Assembly: GCA_046735395.1 (NCBI GenBank)
Contig: JBJKQR010000036.1
Location: forward strand, 22,231-86,230
Direction of reading: 5' to 3'
Length of the DNA: 64,000 bases
Origin: Fidelibacterota bacterium
Lineage (GTDB): Bacteria; Fidelibacterota; Fidelibacteria; Fidelibacterales; DSDE01
Below the pieces are notes generated by a model that did no database searches, was not told where the DNA came from, and saw nothing but the letters and a program-made list of their open reading frames with translations. Below are positions 35,200 to 45,574 of the stretch, in pieces. A program made the translations under genes and the position numbers. Position 1 is the stretch's first letter. Each line of letters starts with the position of its first letter.

Positions 35200-38100
35200 A
35201 TGTTGAAATTTATCAAGGATTCCATCGGTGATATTCTCCTGATCAGTATCGGGCTGACCATTGTCGGATTCGGCTTTTATATATATTCCGGATTTAAAAT
35301 ACAGAATACCTATCAGAAAGCTCAGGTTTCGAGAGCCTTCGCCACCGAAATGAAGCAATCTTCGGATGACCTCACCCGAATGGTCAGAACCTATGTGGTA
35401 ACCCGAGACCTGAAATATAAGACTTATTATCAGGAAATTCTGGATATCCGCAATGGAAAATCACCACGTCCGGATGTAATCGGGGACGTGTATTGGGATC
35501 TGGTGCTGAATGATGATGAGCAACCGAAACGCAGCGGCCCGAAGATCGCGCTGACAGAACTGATGAGGCAGTCTGGAATCACCGAACAGGAGTTTGATCT
35601 GCTTGAAAAGGCCCGGCATGCTTCCGATTCTCTGACTTCCATTGAATTTTTTGCCATGAAAACCATCGAAAACCCGGCCTGTTCTGAAGAGGATCATCGG
35701 AAAATGATCAATCTTCTGTTTGATGAGAATTATCATCGCTACAAAGCCGGGATCATGGAACCCATTTCCCGTTTCCAGAAGAGAGTGAGACTCAGAACAG
35801 ACGCTGTAATCCTGCGGGAAGAAAATCTCCAGAAAACCAGCCTCGCCATTCTCATATTCCTTCTGCTCGCCTCCGGATACCTTCTGAAGGAAGTAAACAG
35901 TATGCTGGAAAGCCAGTCGGAAAACCTTTCCCGGGAAGTACGAAAAAAAGCCAGCGATCTGGAAAAGACGCATAATAAGCTTCATCTGAGCGAAGAGCGC
36001 AGCCGGGCCATACTGAATGCCACAACCAACGGTATCGTCACCATTGACTGCAACGACAGAATCATCAGTTTGAATCGGGCAACCGAAACGATTTTCGGAT
36101 TCAGCGCTGAGGAAATTACAGGGAAAAATCTATCCATCCTGATTGATGAAACCCATCTACCGGAGAAATTCGAATTTGCCGGATGTGGTACGGAAAACAG
36201 CAGAGAACACAATGCAGTTAGGCGCATGGAGATGAACGCCCGTCGGAAAAATGGCGACATCTTCCCCATTGAGATCGCTATCAGCGATGTAAAGCTGAAT
36301 GATGAAACCTTCTTCACCGCAGTCTTTTCGGATATTTCTGAACGGAAGAAAAGAGAAGCGGAACTCAGAGAAAGCAAGGAACGCTTCCGCAATATTTTTG
36401 AGAGCAGCCCTGATGCCATCATGCTCCTTCATGATTCGCGGTTTATCGACTGTAACGAAGCCACGCTGAATTTATTCGGCGTTCCCGATGTATCCAGGTT
36501 TCAGGGCCTGCAGCCCGCCGCGATCTCACCCCAGACACAGCCGGACGGACAGGATTCCCATAAATTATCTATGGCTCATATTGATGAAGTTCTTGAAAAA
36601 GGATATTCAAAATTTGAATGGCTGCACATCCGGGTAGACAACAACCACCCCTTTATATCCGAAGTCATCCTCAGTCCCTTCAAAGACGGGTCAAATATGA
36701 TTCTGGTGGTGGTACGGGACATTTCCGAACGAAAACAGCAGGAACGGATCCTTGCGGAAAGCAGGCAGCGCTACGAGAATCTTGTCAATGATATCGGCGA
36801 TGAATACGTCATTTTTTCCTACATCGGGGACACCGGTGTCATCACCTACGCCAGTGATGGAATGCAGGACATCTTCGGAATTAAGAAAGACAACATCATC
36901 GGCAAGGTGTGGATCAATGAAATTGACTGGAATCCGGAAGATCTTGACCGTGCTGTCAGGGAAATACAGAATCTGGTTGAGGGTAAGATGGATATCTCAC
37001 GGCTTGAGCTCAGATTCCGGCATCCGGACGGAGAAGAGAAAAGCATTTATGTCATATCACATCCCCGTTGGGTCAAGGGGCAGGATGTGCCCTTTATCGA
37101 AGGAATCCTTCAGGATATTACGGAAAGAAAGAAAGCCGAAGCCGAAATCCTGAAATCCAGGGAGGAGGCCGAAAAGGCAAACAGGGCAAAAAGTGAATTC
37201 CTCGCAAATATGAGTCACGAAATCCGCACACCCATGAACGCCATCATCGGCATGACCGAACTGATGATCAAGACAGACCTCAACACCAAACAGCGCAATT
37301 ATTCGGATAAGGTTCTCATGTCAGCGAAAGGACTCCTGGGTATTCTGAATGATATTCTGGATTTTTCCAAGATCGAAGCCGGCAAACTCACGATGGAGAA
37401 AAAAGCCTTCCGGCTGCACGATGTCATTGATAATCTGGCCGGAATTTTTGAATTCAGTTCGGAAAGGAAAAAAATACATCTGATCTTTGATATTGATGAT
37501 GAAATTCCCGAATTCCTGACAGGTGATGCACTTCGGCTGAGTCAGATTCTGACGAATTTATGCAATAATGCACTCAAGTTTACCGGTGAAGGCGGAAAGA
37601 TCATCATTCATGCGGAATTGGAAGGCCGGGAAACCAGAGACCGGGTAAAGATCCGTTTTTCCGTATCGGATACGGGTATCGGTATCAGTGAGGAACAGCA
37701 GGCCCGGCTCTTTCAGGCTTTTTCCCAGGCGGATGTTTCCACCACCCGTAAATACGGCGGAACCGGCCTGGGTCTGGTTATCTCTCAGCGGCTGGTTCAT
37801 ATGATGGGCGGGCAGATCTGGGTCGACAGCTCTGTGGGCTCCGGATCAACCTTTTATTTTACTGTCCTGATGGATATTGACAGAAATCATCCACAGGATC
37901 TGGAATTGAACAGCGTACAGGAATCGGAAGAGAGAAAAAATCATCTGAAAGGCGCGAAAATCCTTCTGGTTGAGGATAATGAGATCAATCAGGAAGTGGC
38001 CATGGACCTGCTTGCCGATTTTGAAATACAGTTTTTCATTGCGAATAATGGCCGGGAAGCGCTGGAAATATTGGACAGGGAAACGGACTTCGATGGGATT

Positions 38101-38346
38101 CTGATGGATGTGCAGATGCCGGTGATGGACGGCTGCGAGGCAACCCGGCAGATCCGCAGCCGGGAAAATTTCAAGCAGCTTCCGATTATTGCCCTTACGG
38201 CCAATGCCCTCCCCGAGGAAGAAAAGAAAATATATGATGCCGGTATGAACGACCGTATTCTGAAACCGATTGATTTCAATGAAATGATTACAAAAATGTG
38301 CAGATTGATCAATGTAGCTCAGAAACGAAGGAATCCGGAAGAATGA
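35200..38346 (+). CDS. Hybrid histidine kinase: 2 TM with periplasmic sensor, 3 PAS, HisKA, HATPase, REC
   Basis: QSSDDLTRMVRTYVVT..YQEILDIRNG sensor; MSHEIRTPMNAI; GGTGLGL; ILLVEDNEINQEVA. Confidence 0.93.
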   Translation: MLKFIKDSIGDILLISIGLTIVGFGFYIYSGFKIQNTYQKAQVSRAFATEMKQSSDDLTRMVRTYVVTRDLKYKTYYQEILDIRNGKSPRPDVIGDVYWDLVLNDDEQPKRSGPKIALTELMRQSGITEQEFDLLEKARHASDSLTSIEFFAMKTIENPACSEEDHRKMINLLFDENYHRYKAGIMEPISRFQKRVRLRTDAVILREENLQKTSLAILIFLLLASGYLLKEVNSMLESQSENLSREVRKKASDLEKTHNKLHLSEERSRAILNATTNGIVTIDCNDRIISLNRATETIFGFSAEEITGKNLSILIDETHLPEKFEFAGCGTENSREHNAVRRMEMNARRKNGDIFPIEIAISDVKLNDETFFTAVFSDISERKKREAELRESKERFRNIFESSPDAIMLLHDSRFIDCNEATLNLFGVPDVSRFQGLQPAAISPQTQPDGQDSHKLSMAHIDEVLEKGYSKFEWLHIRVDNNHPFISEVILSPFKDGSNMILVVVRDISERKQQERILAESRQRYENLVNDIGDEYVIFSYIGDTGVITYASDGMQDIFGIKKDNIIGKVWINEIDWNPEDLDRAVREIQNLVEGKMDISRLELRFRHPDGEEKSIYVISHPRWVKGQDVPFIEGILQDITERKKAEAEILKSREEAEKANRAKSEFLANMSHEIRTPMNAIIGMTELMIKTDLNTKQRNYSDKVLMSAKGLLGILNDILDFSKIEAGKLTMEKKAFRLHDVIDNLAGIFEFSSERKKIHLIFDIDDEIPEFLTGDALRLSQILTNLCNNALKFTGEGGKIIIHAELEGRETRDRVKIRFSVSDTGIGISEEQQARLFQAFSQADVSTTRKYGGTGLGLVISQRLVHMMGGQIWVDSSVGSGSTFYFTVLMDIDRNHPQDLELNSVQESEERKNHLKGAKILLVEDNEINQEVAMDLLADFEIQFFIANNGREALEILDRETDFDGILMDVQMPVMDGCEATRQIRSRENFKQLPIIALTANALPEEEKKIYDAGMNDRILKPIDFNEMITKMCRLINVAQKRRNPEE

Positions 38347-38389
38347 TCTTCCTTCCAGCTGCAGCAACGTATTCCGCAAATCCGGAACG

Positions 38390-39334
38390 ATGCGCATGAT
38401 AAAGGATATCATATCCGATAATGGCTGTGAGCTTTTTCGGGCCATTGCCGAACAGACCGGACAGGGAATATCCATTGCGGACATATCCACAGGCCGCTAT
38501 ATCTACGTAAATCGATCTTTTTGCGAAATGACCGGCTACAGCGAGGAAAGACTCCTGGAAATGAAGGTTCGGGATATCGTTCCCTCCGATACCGAACTTC
38601 TGCTTTTTCCCAAACTTACAAAACGGGAATCCGGCATCCGGGAGACCTATCTGCAGAAAAGGGATGGCACTCTGTTTCTGGCGGAAATTAAGGGTTTCCC
38701 CATCGATTTTGAGGGGCAGCAGTACAACATGGGAATCGTCAGCGATATTACCCATACACGGAATAATGAGATCATTATCGAAAAATTCTTTGACCAGCCC
38801 CTGAACATCCATCTCATCGCCGATCTGCAGGGTCGGATTGTCCGGGTGAATACCGGCTGGGAGCATCATCTGGGGTATGCAAAGGACGAGGTGACCGGCA
38901 GGACATTCTTTGAATTCATTCATCCCGAGGATGTGGCCGCCACACAGGAGGAAATGAAAAAGCTGGAGCAGGGGAAAACGGTGTTCTATTTTGAAAACCG
39001 CTATCGTCACCGAAAAGGAATGTACAAATTCTTTGCCTGGTCCGCCGTGGCCGTTCCCGAAGAAAAACTGGTTTTTGCCGTCGCCTCCGATATTACCAAA
39101 CAGCACTCATCCGAAGATATTCTGAAACTGAAGATTCGGGAGCTGGAAAAAGCGCTGGAAGAGGTGAGGACCCTGCGCGGAATCGTTCCCATCTGTTCCT
39201 ACTGCAAGCAGATCCGGGATGACGAAGGCTACTGGCGGCGCGTGGAAGACTATCTCAGCGAACAGACCGATGCCCGCTTTTCCCACGGACTCTGCCCGGA
39301 CTGCATGAAAAAATATTTTCCTGATCTGAAATAA
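38390..39334 (+). CDS. PAS-PAS protein with C-terminal CxxC..HxxCxxC motif
   Basis: Two PAS folds (YVNRSFCEMTGYS; FIHPED..FENRY); LRGIVPICSYCKQIRDDEGYW..FSHGLCPDC. Confidence 0.85.
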   Translation: MRMIKDIISDNGCELFRAIAEQTGQGISIADISTGRYIYVNRSFCEMTGYSEERLLEMKVRDIVPSDTELLLFPKLTKRESGIRETYLQKRDGTLFLAEIKGFPIDFEGQQYNMGIVSDITHTRNNEIIIEKFFDQPLNIHLIADLQGRIVRVNTGWEHHLGYAKDEVTGRTFFEFIHPEDVAATQEEMKKLEQGKTVFYFENRYRHRKGMYKFFAWSAVAVPEEKLVFAVASDITKQHSSEDILKLKIRELEKALEEVRTLRGIVPICSYCKQIRDDEGYWRRVEDYLSEQTDARFSHGLCPDCMKKYFPDLK

Positions 39335-39826
39335 AGCATATCTATGGGCGCGCCACCGATAGCGGTGTAGAGCCCGGAATTCCTGTCTATTCTGCCCTGC
39401 AGTTTTTCCGGAAAATCCAACCGTCCTATTCCAATTGGTCCGCAATACTTTTCGCATTCTTACCGTTATTTGGCTTATTCAGTATAATTTATCTATTATA
39501 CTATACTTATAATATTATATATGATAATGATATTTTAGATAATATCCTGTATCAACTATTTAAATGACAAATTATTTCTGCAATCCATCCGTTGTATTGA
39601 GGTATTTGAATACACCTGGCAGGAATACAGCAGGCACAGGCCCCTCAATATTCCCTCAAATTCGCCGCTGAAAAAAAACAATTGGAAATAAAACGAATTT
39701 CTGCTAACATTCTTCTGATGCATATTTGTTAATGATAGCATGACATCGACGGGTGATGAGAGGCAGTTACTCCTGACGGGGGCATCACCATCGATACAGC
39801 GTAACCATACACAGATAGGAGTAGTC

Positions 39827-40576
39827 ATGAAAACAAGTCTGAAAATTTTGCTTCTGATGTTCACAGTAACCCTCACCGCCCTGGCCGGGCCGGCTGATTC
39901 CAGCCGCTGCACTCTGCCGCATCAGGATGCCCGTTCACTCGATTTCGGCCTGAGCGGCCTTTTCAATCTGTCCGGATATATCGGCAACAGTATCGCATTC
40001 AAACATTTCAAGACCCCGACCACGGCGTATCGGTTCACGCTCCTGACAGATCTGGGAGGAAAAAATCAGAACGGGTCCGAAACGGATCATTACGTCGACG
40101 ACAACGATTCACTCTTTCTACAGAATGATTTCCAAAATTCGTCCAAAGCTTGGTCGGGCCAGATTATGATCTCTGCTCAGAAACTGTGCTATCAGCATCC
40201 CTACAACAAACTGTCCCTGTATTACGGTATCGGCCCAGTTTTAGGATTCTCCGTTTCAAGGAATTATGTCACATACGATCCGAGTGCTGTACCGGAGAAT
40301 ACGTCTTATACCTCCGAAAATGAATCCAATGCAAGAACGTTCTATACCGGAATCGTTCCCTCCGTAGGTGTGGACTGCTTTCTTCACAAAAATGTGAGTG
40401 TCTTCGCTGAATATTATACGCTGATCAAGCTGGGATGGACCCAGACAATAAATACTCGAAACTATGTTTCCTATTCGAATAATTATTATCACCATACAAT
40501 CTCAAAAGATTTGCAGGGACTCTACTGGGATATGCAGGGATACGCGAGAGCCGGAGTGGCCTTTTTCTTTCATTAA
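39827..40576 (+). CDS. Hypothetical outer-membrane beta-barrel-like protein
   Basis: AGGAG SD before ATG 39827; signal peptide; YYGIGP, VGVDCFLHKNVSVFAEY, terminal AGVAFFFH. Confidence 0.7.
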   Translation: MKTSLKILLLMFTVTLTALAGPADSSRCTLPHQDARSLDFGLSGLFNLSGYIGNSIAFKHFKTPTTAYRFTLLTDLGGKNQNGSETDHYVDDNDSLFLQNDFQNSSKAWSGQIMISAQKLCYQHPYNKLSLYYGIGPVLGFSVSRNYVTYDPSAVPENTSYTSENESNARTFYTGIVPSVGVDCFLHKNVSVFAEYYTLIKLGWTQTINTRNYVSYSNNYYHHTISKDLQGLYWDMQGYARAGVAFFFH

Positions 40577-40680
40577 ACGGAGTGATCGTTTCCTCTTTTT
40601 CGTTCTGTCTTTATTTCTGCTGTATTTGCTGACAACTTTCAGAGTACTCGCGCCCTCATAGAGAGAAAAAGGAGCTTGAA

Positions 40681-41724
40681 ATGCTGTTTCGCAAATTCGG
40701 ACATCTGGCCTTTTCGGCGCTGGTATTCGCATCCTGTGTCGTGTACCAGCGTCCGGACCTGAAGACGGATCTGACGGTTCCCGCCCCCTTTTACACCAAG
40801 GATCGGATGCCCCTGATACTGTTCGATACCGGACATGGCGAATTTCATGATCCGGCCGGCACCTACCGTCCATTCGCTCTGCTGATGGAACATGACGGCA
40901 TTCACCTTCAGACCCGTTCGGGATGGTTTACGTCCGAAAATCTCCGGGATCTGCAGGTCCTCATCATTGCCAACGCGACGGCCGATGAATCCGGTTCCGC
41001 TTTTACCGAAGCAGAAATTGCCGCACTTCGCAGCTATGTGCAGCAGGGAGGTGGCCTCCTGCTTATCGCCGACCATGATCCCTTCGGATCGGCCGCCGCG
41101 CCGCTGGCAGCTGCCTTCGGAGTCCGAATGGCATCGGTCTGGACTGTGGATTCGCTTCGATGGAATCCCGCAATCAGCCGGCCGACCTGGCTGGAATACA
41201 GCCGGAACAACGGAGGGCTTCAGCCCCATCCCATTCTGCAGTGGGACAGCCCGGACCGCGCTGTCCGCCGTGTCCTCACCTTTACCGGCCAGTCTCTGGA
41301 TATTGACAGCGCTTGGACGCCCATCCTTAAATTATCCTCAGCCGCCAGAGACTATACCCAGCGTTCGGATGCAGCAGCCTGTACTCAGGACAGGTCGGCC
41401 TGGTCCCCGGCCTCGGGCCGTTGCCAGCTGGCCGCCCGGACTTACGGCCGGGGCCGGATTGTCATATCCGGCGAGGCAGCTCTCTTCACCTCACAGGAAG
41501 TGAGGATATTCTTTAAAACACTTCATGCCGGGTTCAACACGCCCGGCTACGATGATAAACAGCTTGTGTTAAATATTATGCATTGGCTACTAGGTGATCT
41601 GCAGGCGTCAGCTGCTTTTACGGTAGGAAAAGACGGCCCAGCCATTGAAAAAGAGGGCAAAGCCGCAGAGGGCGGCAAAATGCCATTTCAGATCGGAAAA
41701 GCCACAGCCTTTGAGAAAGACTGA
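40681..41724 (+). CDS. Putative lipoprotein, DUF4350/class I glutamine-amidotransferase-like fold
   Basis: AGGAG SD; LVFAS-C; ILFDTGHGEFH, YVQQGGGLLLIADH, YGRGRIVISGEAALF, QLVLNIMHWL. Confidence 0.7.
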   Translation: MLFRKFGHLAFSALVFASCVVYQRPDLKTDLTVPAPFYTKDRMPLILFDTGHGEFHDPAGTYRPFALLMEHDGIHLQTRSGWFTSENLRDLQVLIIANATADESGSAFTEAEIAALRSYVQQGGGLLLIADHDPFGSAAAPLAAAFGVRMASVWTVDSLRWNPAISRPTWLEYSRNNGGLQPHPILQWDSPDRAVRRVLTFTGQSLDIDSAWTPILKLSSAARDYTQRSDAAACTQDRSAWSPASGRCQLAARTYGRGRIVISGEAALFTSQEVRIFFKTLHAGFNTPGYDDKQLVLNIMHWLLGDLQASAAFTVGKDGPAIEKEGKAAEGGKMPFQIGKATAFEKD

Positions 41725-42795
41725 TCTCAGCACTTCCACCATATAGCGCAGCGGACTGAAGCGGCTCACGGCCTGTGTCCAGTCCGGCATGCTGCTGACC
41801 GGTGTATAGAGGCCGCTGAGAAAAATAAAGCTGATGACGAAAAAGAACATGATGAACATGCCCTGCTGAATGGTGGAGGCATAATTGGAGATCATGAGGC
41901 CGAATCCGGAAAACGCCAGAGTAAAAATGGCCGCAAAGAGATAAAGCAGCGCATAGCTTCCCTTCGCTGCCATGCCGTAAAAGCCCCAGGCCACGAGAAA
42001 AGCAATACTCAGCACGATAAATCCCATAACCCAGTAGGGAATGAGTTTGGAAAGGATGATAGTGATGCGGCTAACCGGCGTCACATTCATCTGTTCGATG
42101 GTTCCCTTCTCCTTTTCCCCCACAATATTCAGGGCCGGCAGAAATCCCACAACCATGGCCAGGATCATCATCATGATGGCAGGGATCATGGTAAATTTAT
42201 ATTCCAGAAACGGATTATAGACATAGCGGGGAACAATATCCAGGGCCGGCGTCTGATATCGCGGCGCTCCCGGCAGGATCTGCGCCCGCACTTCACTGGA
42301 AAAATCCGCGATGATACCGGCCAGATAGGCGCTCCCCAGCCCGCCCTTCATGCCGTTTACCGTATTGGCTGCGATCAGAACCTGAGCGTGGCCGCCTGCG
42401 GTCAGATCCTGTTCGAAATGCGGCGGTATGGTGAGAATGATATCGCTCTCATCCTGCTCAACCCGGACCAGAGCCTCATCATAACTGTCCGGACTGTCAC
42501 TGAGCAGAAAATACCCGGAGGCGGTAGCTTTTCGGGCCAGACGCGCTGAAAGCGTGCTATGGTCCCTGTCCACCACATTCAGGCGGATATCCCTGATATC
42601 AAAATTCGCCACCAGCGGAAAAATGGACAGGGCAAACAGCGGCAGCAGCACCACCATCCGGGGCAGAGCGCGATTCCGCCGGATCTGCCGGAATTCCTTC
42701 TCCAGAAGATAGCGCAGCCCGGTCAATGGCCTGGATTTCAGAATGCCGGCCTTTCCCAATTCAGATTCAGATAATTTGTTCCGCGTTTGTCTCAT
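41608..42795 (-). CDS. ABC-2 type permease (YbhR-like)
   Basis: KEFRQIRR, IVGEKEKGTIEQMNVTP, FLSGLYTPVSSMP. Confidence 0.9.
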   Translation of the reverse strand: MRQTRNKLSESELGKAGILKSRPLTGLRYLLEKEFRQIRRNRALPRMVVLLPLFALSIFPLVANFDIRDIRLNVVDRDHSTLSARLARKATASGYFLLSDSPDSYDEALVRVEQDESDIILTIPPHFEQDLTAGGHAQVLIAANTVNGMKGGLGSAYLAGIIADFSSEVRAQILPGAPRYQTPALDIVPRYVYNPFLEYKFTMIPAIMMMILAMVVGFLPALNIVGEKEKGTIEQMNVTPVSRITIILSKLIPYWVMGFIVLSIAFLVAWGFYGMAAKGSYALLYLFAAIFTLAFSGFGLMISNYASTIQQGMFIMFFFVISFIFLSGLYTPVSSMPDWTQAVSRFSPLRYMVEVLRSVFLKGCGFSDLKWHFAALCGFALFFNGWAVFSYRKSS

Positions 42796-42799
42796 GCAG

Positions 42800-43906
42800 C
42801 TATTCCAGCCTGTATTTGAATTTCCTGATGCTCACGCCCACCAGAGCAAGTGCCAGCAGCGAGAGAAAGGCGACCTCACCCAGAATGGCATGAAATCCCA
42901 GCCCTTTGATCATGATCTTTTTCACGGCGATGATATACCAGCGCGCCGGGATGATATGGGAAATCCACTGAAAGATGAGGGGCATATTTTCAACCGGGAA
43001 TATCATGCCGGACAGCATGATGACGGGAATCATGAGCACCATTCCCGAGAGGAGCAGAGCCACGAGCTGTGTATCCACGACAGATGAGATCACCAGTCCG
43101 AGAGAAAGATTGACAAAAATATAGATAAGGGACAGAATGATGAGAGCAAAAAGGCTTCCAGCCACCGGAACCCCCAGCAGAAAGACGGACAGCAGCAGAA
43201 TGGTCGTCAGATTCATGAGTGACAGAACGAAATAGGGAACGGTCTTCGCCAGGATGATATAGAAGGGCCTGACCGGAGAAACGAGCAGGATTTCCATAGT
43301 ACCCGTCTCCTTTTCCCTCGCGATGGAAATAGAGGTCATCATAGCGCAGATGAGCATGAGGATCATTCCCATTACACCGGGCACGAAATTATAGGCTCCC
43401 TTCATGCGGGGATTGTAGAGCAGCTTGACTTCCGGCAGGATCTGGTAGGGAATATTCTGTCCCGCAGCCCGCTCCCGCATGCTTCCGGACAGGATATTCG
43501 TCGCGTAGGACACGACGGATTTGGCTGAATTCGGATCGGTGGCGTCAGCCAGAAGCAGAACCTGTGCGTCTCCTCCGTGATCCATGCTTTCCTGAAAATG
43601 CTCACTGAAGATCATGACCATTTTATAGCGGTTTTCCCTGAAGAATTTTTCAGGATCAGTGACCTGAGCCGTTATCTCCTCCACGCTGAAGTACTCACTG
43701 TGGAGGAATTTTTCTATCATGGCCCGGGTGGCCGCATCCTGCGAGGGATCAATGATTGCAATCCGCGATTCCTTCACTTCCGTGGTGATGGCGTAGCCGA
43801 AGAGCAGCAGCATCATGACGGGCAGCAGCAGCAGAATGGCCATGGTCGTCCTGTCACGGAAAATATGATGGAATTCCTTGCGGATGAAGGATATGAATTG
43901 ACGCAT
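42800..43906 (-). CDS. ABC-2 type permease (YbhS-like)
   Basis: MRQFISFIRKEFHHIFRD, SIAREKETGTMEILLVSP, LSGMIFPVENMP. Confidence 0.9.
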   Translation of the reverse strand: MRQFISFIRKEFHHIFRDRTTMAILLLLPVMMLLLFGYAITTEVKESRIAIIDPSQDAATRAMIEKFLHSEYFSVEEITAQVTDPEKFFRENRYKMVMIFSEHFQESMDHGGDAQVLLLADATDPNSAKSVVSYATNILSGSMRERAAGQNIPYQILPEVKLLYNPRMKGAYNFVPGVMGMILMLICAMMTSISIAREKETGTMEILLVSPVRPFYIILAKTVPYFVLSLMNLTTILLLSVFLLGVPVAGSLFALIILSLIYIFVNLSLGLVISSVVDTQLVALLLSGMVLMIPVIMLSGMIFPVENMPLIFQWISHIIPARWYIIAVKKIMIKGLGFHAILGEVAFLSLLALALVGVSIRKFKYRLE

Positions 43907-43907
43907 G

Positions 43908-44651
43908 TCAGTCGGCTCCCCGCTGAGCTTTCCGGGCCAGCTGCTGAAATACTCCATCCATACTGGAGGTATTGAATTGTTCCCTCAGCGTTCTCGGTGA
44001 ATCAAGGGCATCTATCCGCCCGTCCACCATGATGGAAACGCGGTCGCAGTATTCGGCTTCATCCATGTAATGGGTGGTGACAAAGACCGTGATGCCCCGG
44101 TCGGTGGCTTCGTAAATCAGCTCCCAGAACTGCCGCCGCGTGACCGGATCCACGCCTCCGGTCGGTTCATCGAGGAACACAATGCGGGGTTCGTGAAAGA
44201 TAGCTACAGAAAAGGCCAGCTTCTGCTTCCAGCCCAGAGGCAGAGAGGCCACCAGCGTATCCCGCTCGCTCCCGAAGCCCAGACGGCCCAGAAGTTCATT
44301 GATCCGTTTATTCATTTCCCTGTCCGGAACCCCGTAAATCCCACCGTAAAGCCGGATGTTCTCCGCTACGGTGAGATCCTCATAAAGGGCGAATTTCTGA
44401 CTCATATAACCGATATTCCGTTTCACCATTTCAGACTGGCGGCGGATATCATAGCCGGCGACAAAACCCTGTCCGGAGGTGGGATGGCTCAGGCCGCAGA
44501 GCATGCGCATGGCGGTGGTTTTTCCGGCACCGTTGGCACCCAGAAAACCGAAGATCTCCCCCGCGCCCACCTCGAAGGAGATATGATCCACAGCCGTGAA
44601 ATCTCCGAATTTCTTGGTAAGATCCCTGACGGTGATGACCGCGTCCATCAC
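43908..44651 (-). CDS. ABC transporter ATP-binding protein
   Basis: GANGAGKT, LPLGWKQ, FLDEPT, TTHYMDEA. Confidence 0.94.
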   Translation of the reverse strand: MMDAVITVRDLTKKFGDFTAVDHISFEVGAGEIFGFLGANGAGKTTAMRMLCGLSHPTSGQGFVAGYDIRRQSEMVKRNIGYMSQKFALYEDLTVAENIRLYGGIYGVPDREMNKRINELLGRLGFGSERDTLVASLPLGWKQKLAFSVAIFHEPRIVFLDEPTGGVDPVTRRQFWELIYEATDRGITVFVTTHYMDEAEYCDRVSIMVDGRIDALDSPRTLREQFNTSSMDGVFQQLARKAQRGAD

Positions 44652-45562
44652 TTTTCCTCCGGATCTGCACTCAGATCCATGAAACAGTCCTCGATCGTGG
44701 GCCTGATGCTGCTGATTTCAATCCCGGAATGTCCCAAACCAGCAAGGCGCTGCTGCAGTGTCTCCGGATTCAGGGACGGATCGGAAATGGTGCAGTGGTG
44801 GCTGTCCCCGAAGGCAAAGCTGCTGCTGATCCCGGGAATTGCGCGCAGATCCTTCAGCAATCGTGACATGCTGTCGCTGCGGATTCCCCACAGTGCTTTA
44901 CCGAAGAGCCCGACTATAGTCTCCGGTGTATCAATCCTCAGGAAACGTCCGTCCCGGATGAGAGCGATGCGATCACAGAGCCCCGCCTCATCCATATAGG
45001 GTGTGGAGACCAGGATGCCGATGCCCTGATCCCGGAGTTTTTTCAGCATGTCCCAGAATTCCCGCCGGGATACGGCATCGACGCCGGTGGTCGGCTCGTC
45101 CAGAAAAAGTACGGATGGTTTGTGAATCAGGGCGCAGCTCAGAGCCAGCTTCTGCTTCATGCCTCCCGACAGTTTGCCGGCCCGCCGCGTTTTAAATGGT
45201 TCGATCTGCTGATAGATGTCCCTGACCAGATCATAATTTTCTTCGATGCTTGTATTGAATACCGTGGCAAAGAAATTCAGATTTTCCTCCACGGTCAGAT
45301 CCTGATAGAGAGAAAAACGTCCGGGCATATAGCCCACGCGCTGCCGGATCTCACGATGATCCCGGATGACATCAAACCCGTCCACATCCGCACTGCCGCT
45401 GTCAGGAAGGATCAGCGTGGTGAGAATTCGGAAAAGGGTCGTTTTCCCTGCCCCGTCCGGGCCGATGATACCGAAAATCTCCCCCGGCCCCGTCTCGAAA
45501 CTGATGTCGCGAAGGGCCGGAACCTTTCCGTAGCTTTTTGACAGATTTGCGCAGTGTATCAT
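44648..45562 (-). CDS. ABC transporter ATP-binding protein
   Basis: GPDGAGKT, LSGGMKQ, FLDEPT. Confidence 0.94.
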   Translation of the reverse strand: MIHCANLSKSYGKVPALRDISFETGPGEIFGIIGPDGAGKTTLFRILTTLILPDSGSADVDGFDVIRDHREIRQRVGYMPGRFSLYQDLTVEENLNFFATVFNTSIEENYDLVRDIYQQIEPFKTRRAGKLSGGMKQKLALSCALIHKPSVLFLDEPTTGVDAVSRREFWDMLKKLRDQGIGILVSTPYMDEAGLCDRIALIRDGRFLRIDTPETIVGLFGKALWGIRSDSMSRLLKDLRAIPGISSSFAFGDSHHCTISDPSLNPETLQQRLAGLGHSGIEISSIRPTIEDCFMDLSADPEEK

Positions 45563-45574
45563 AAACAGAAGGGC

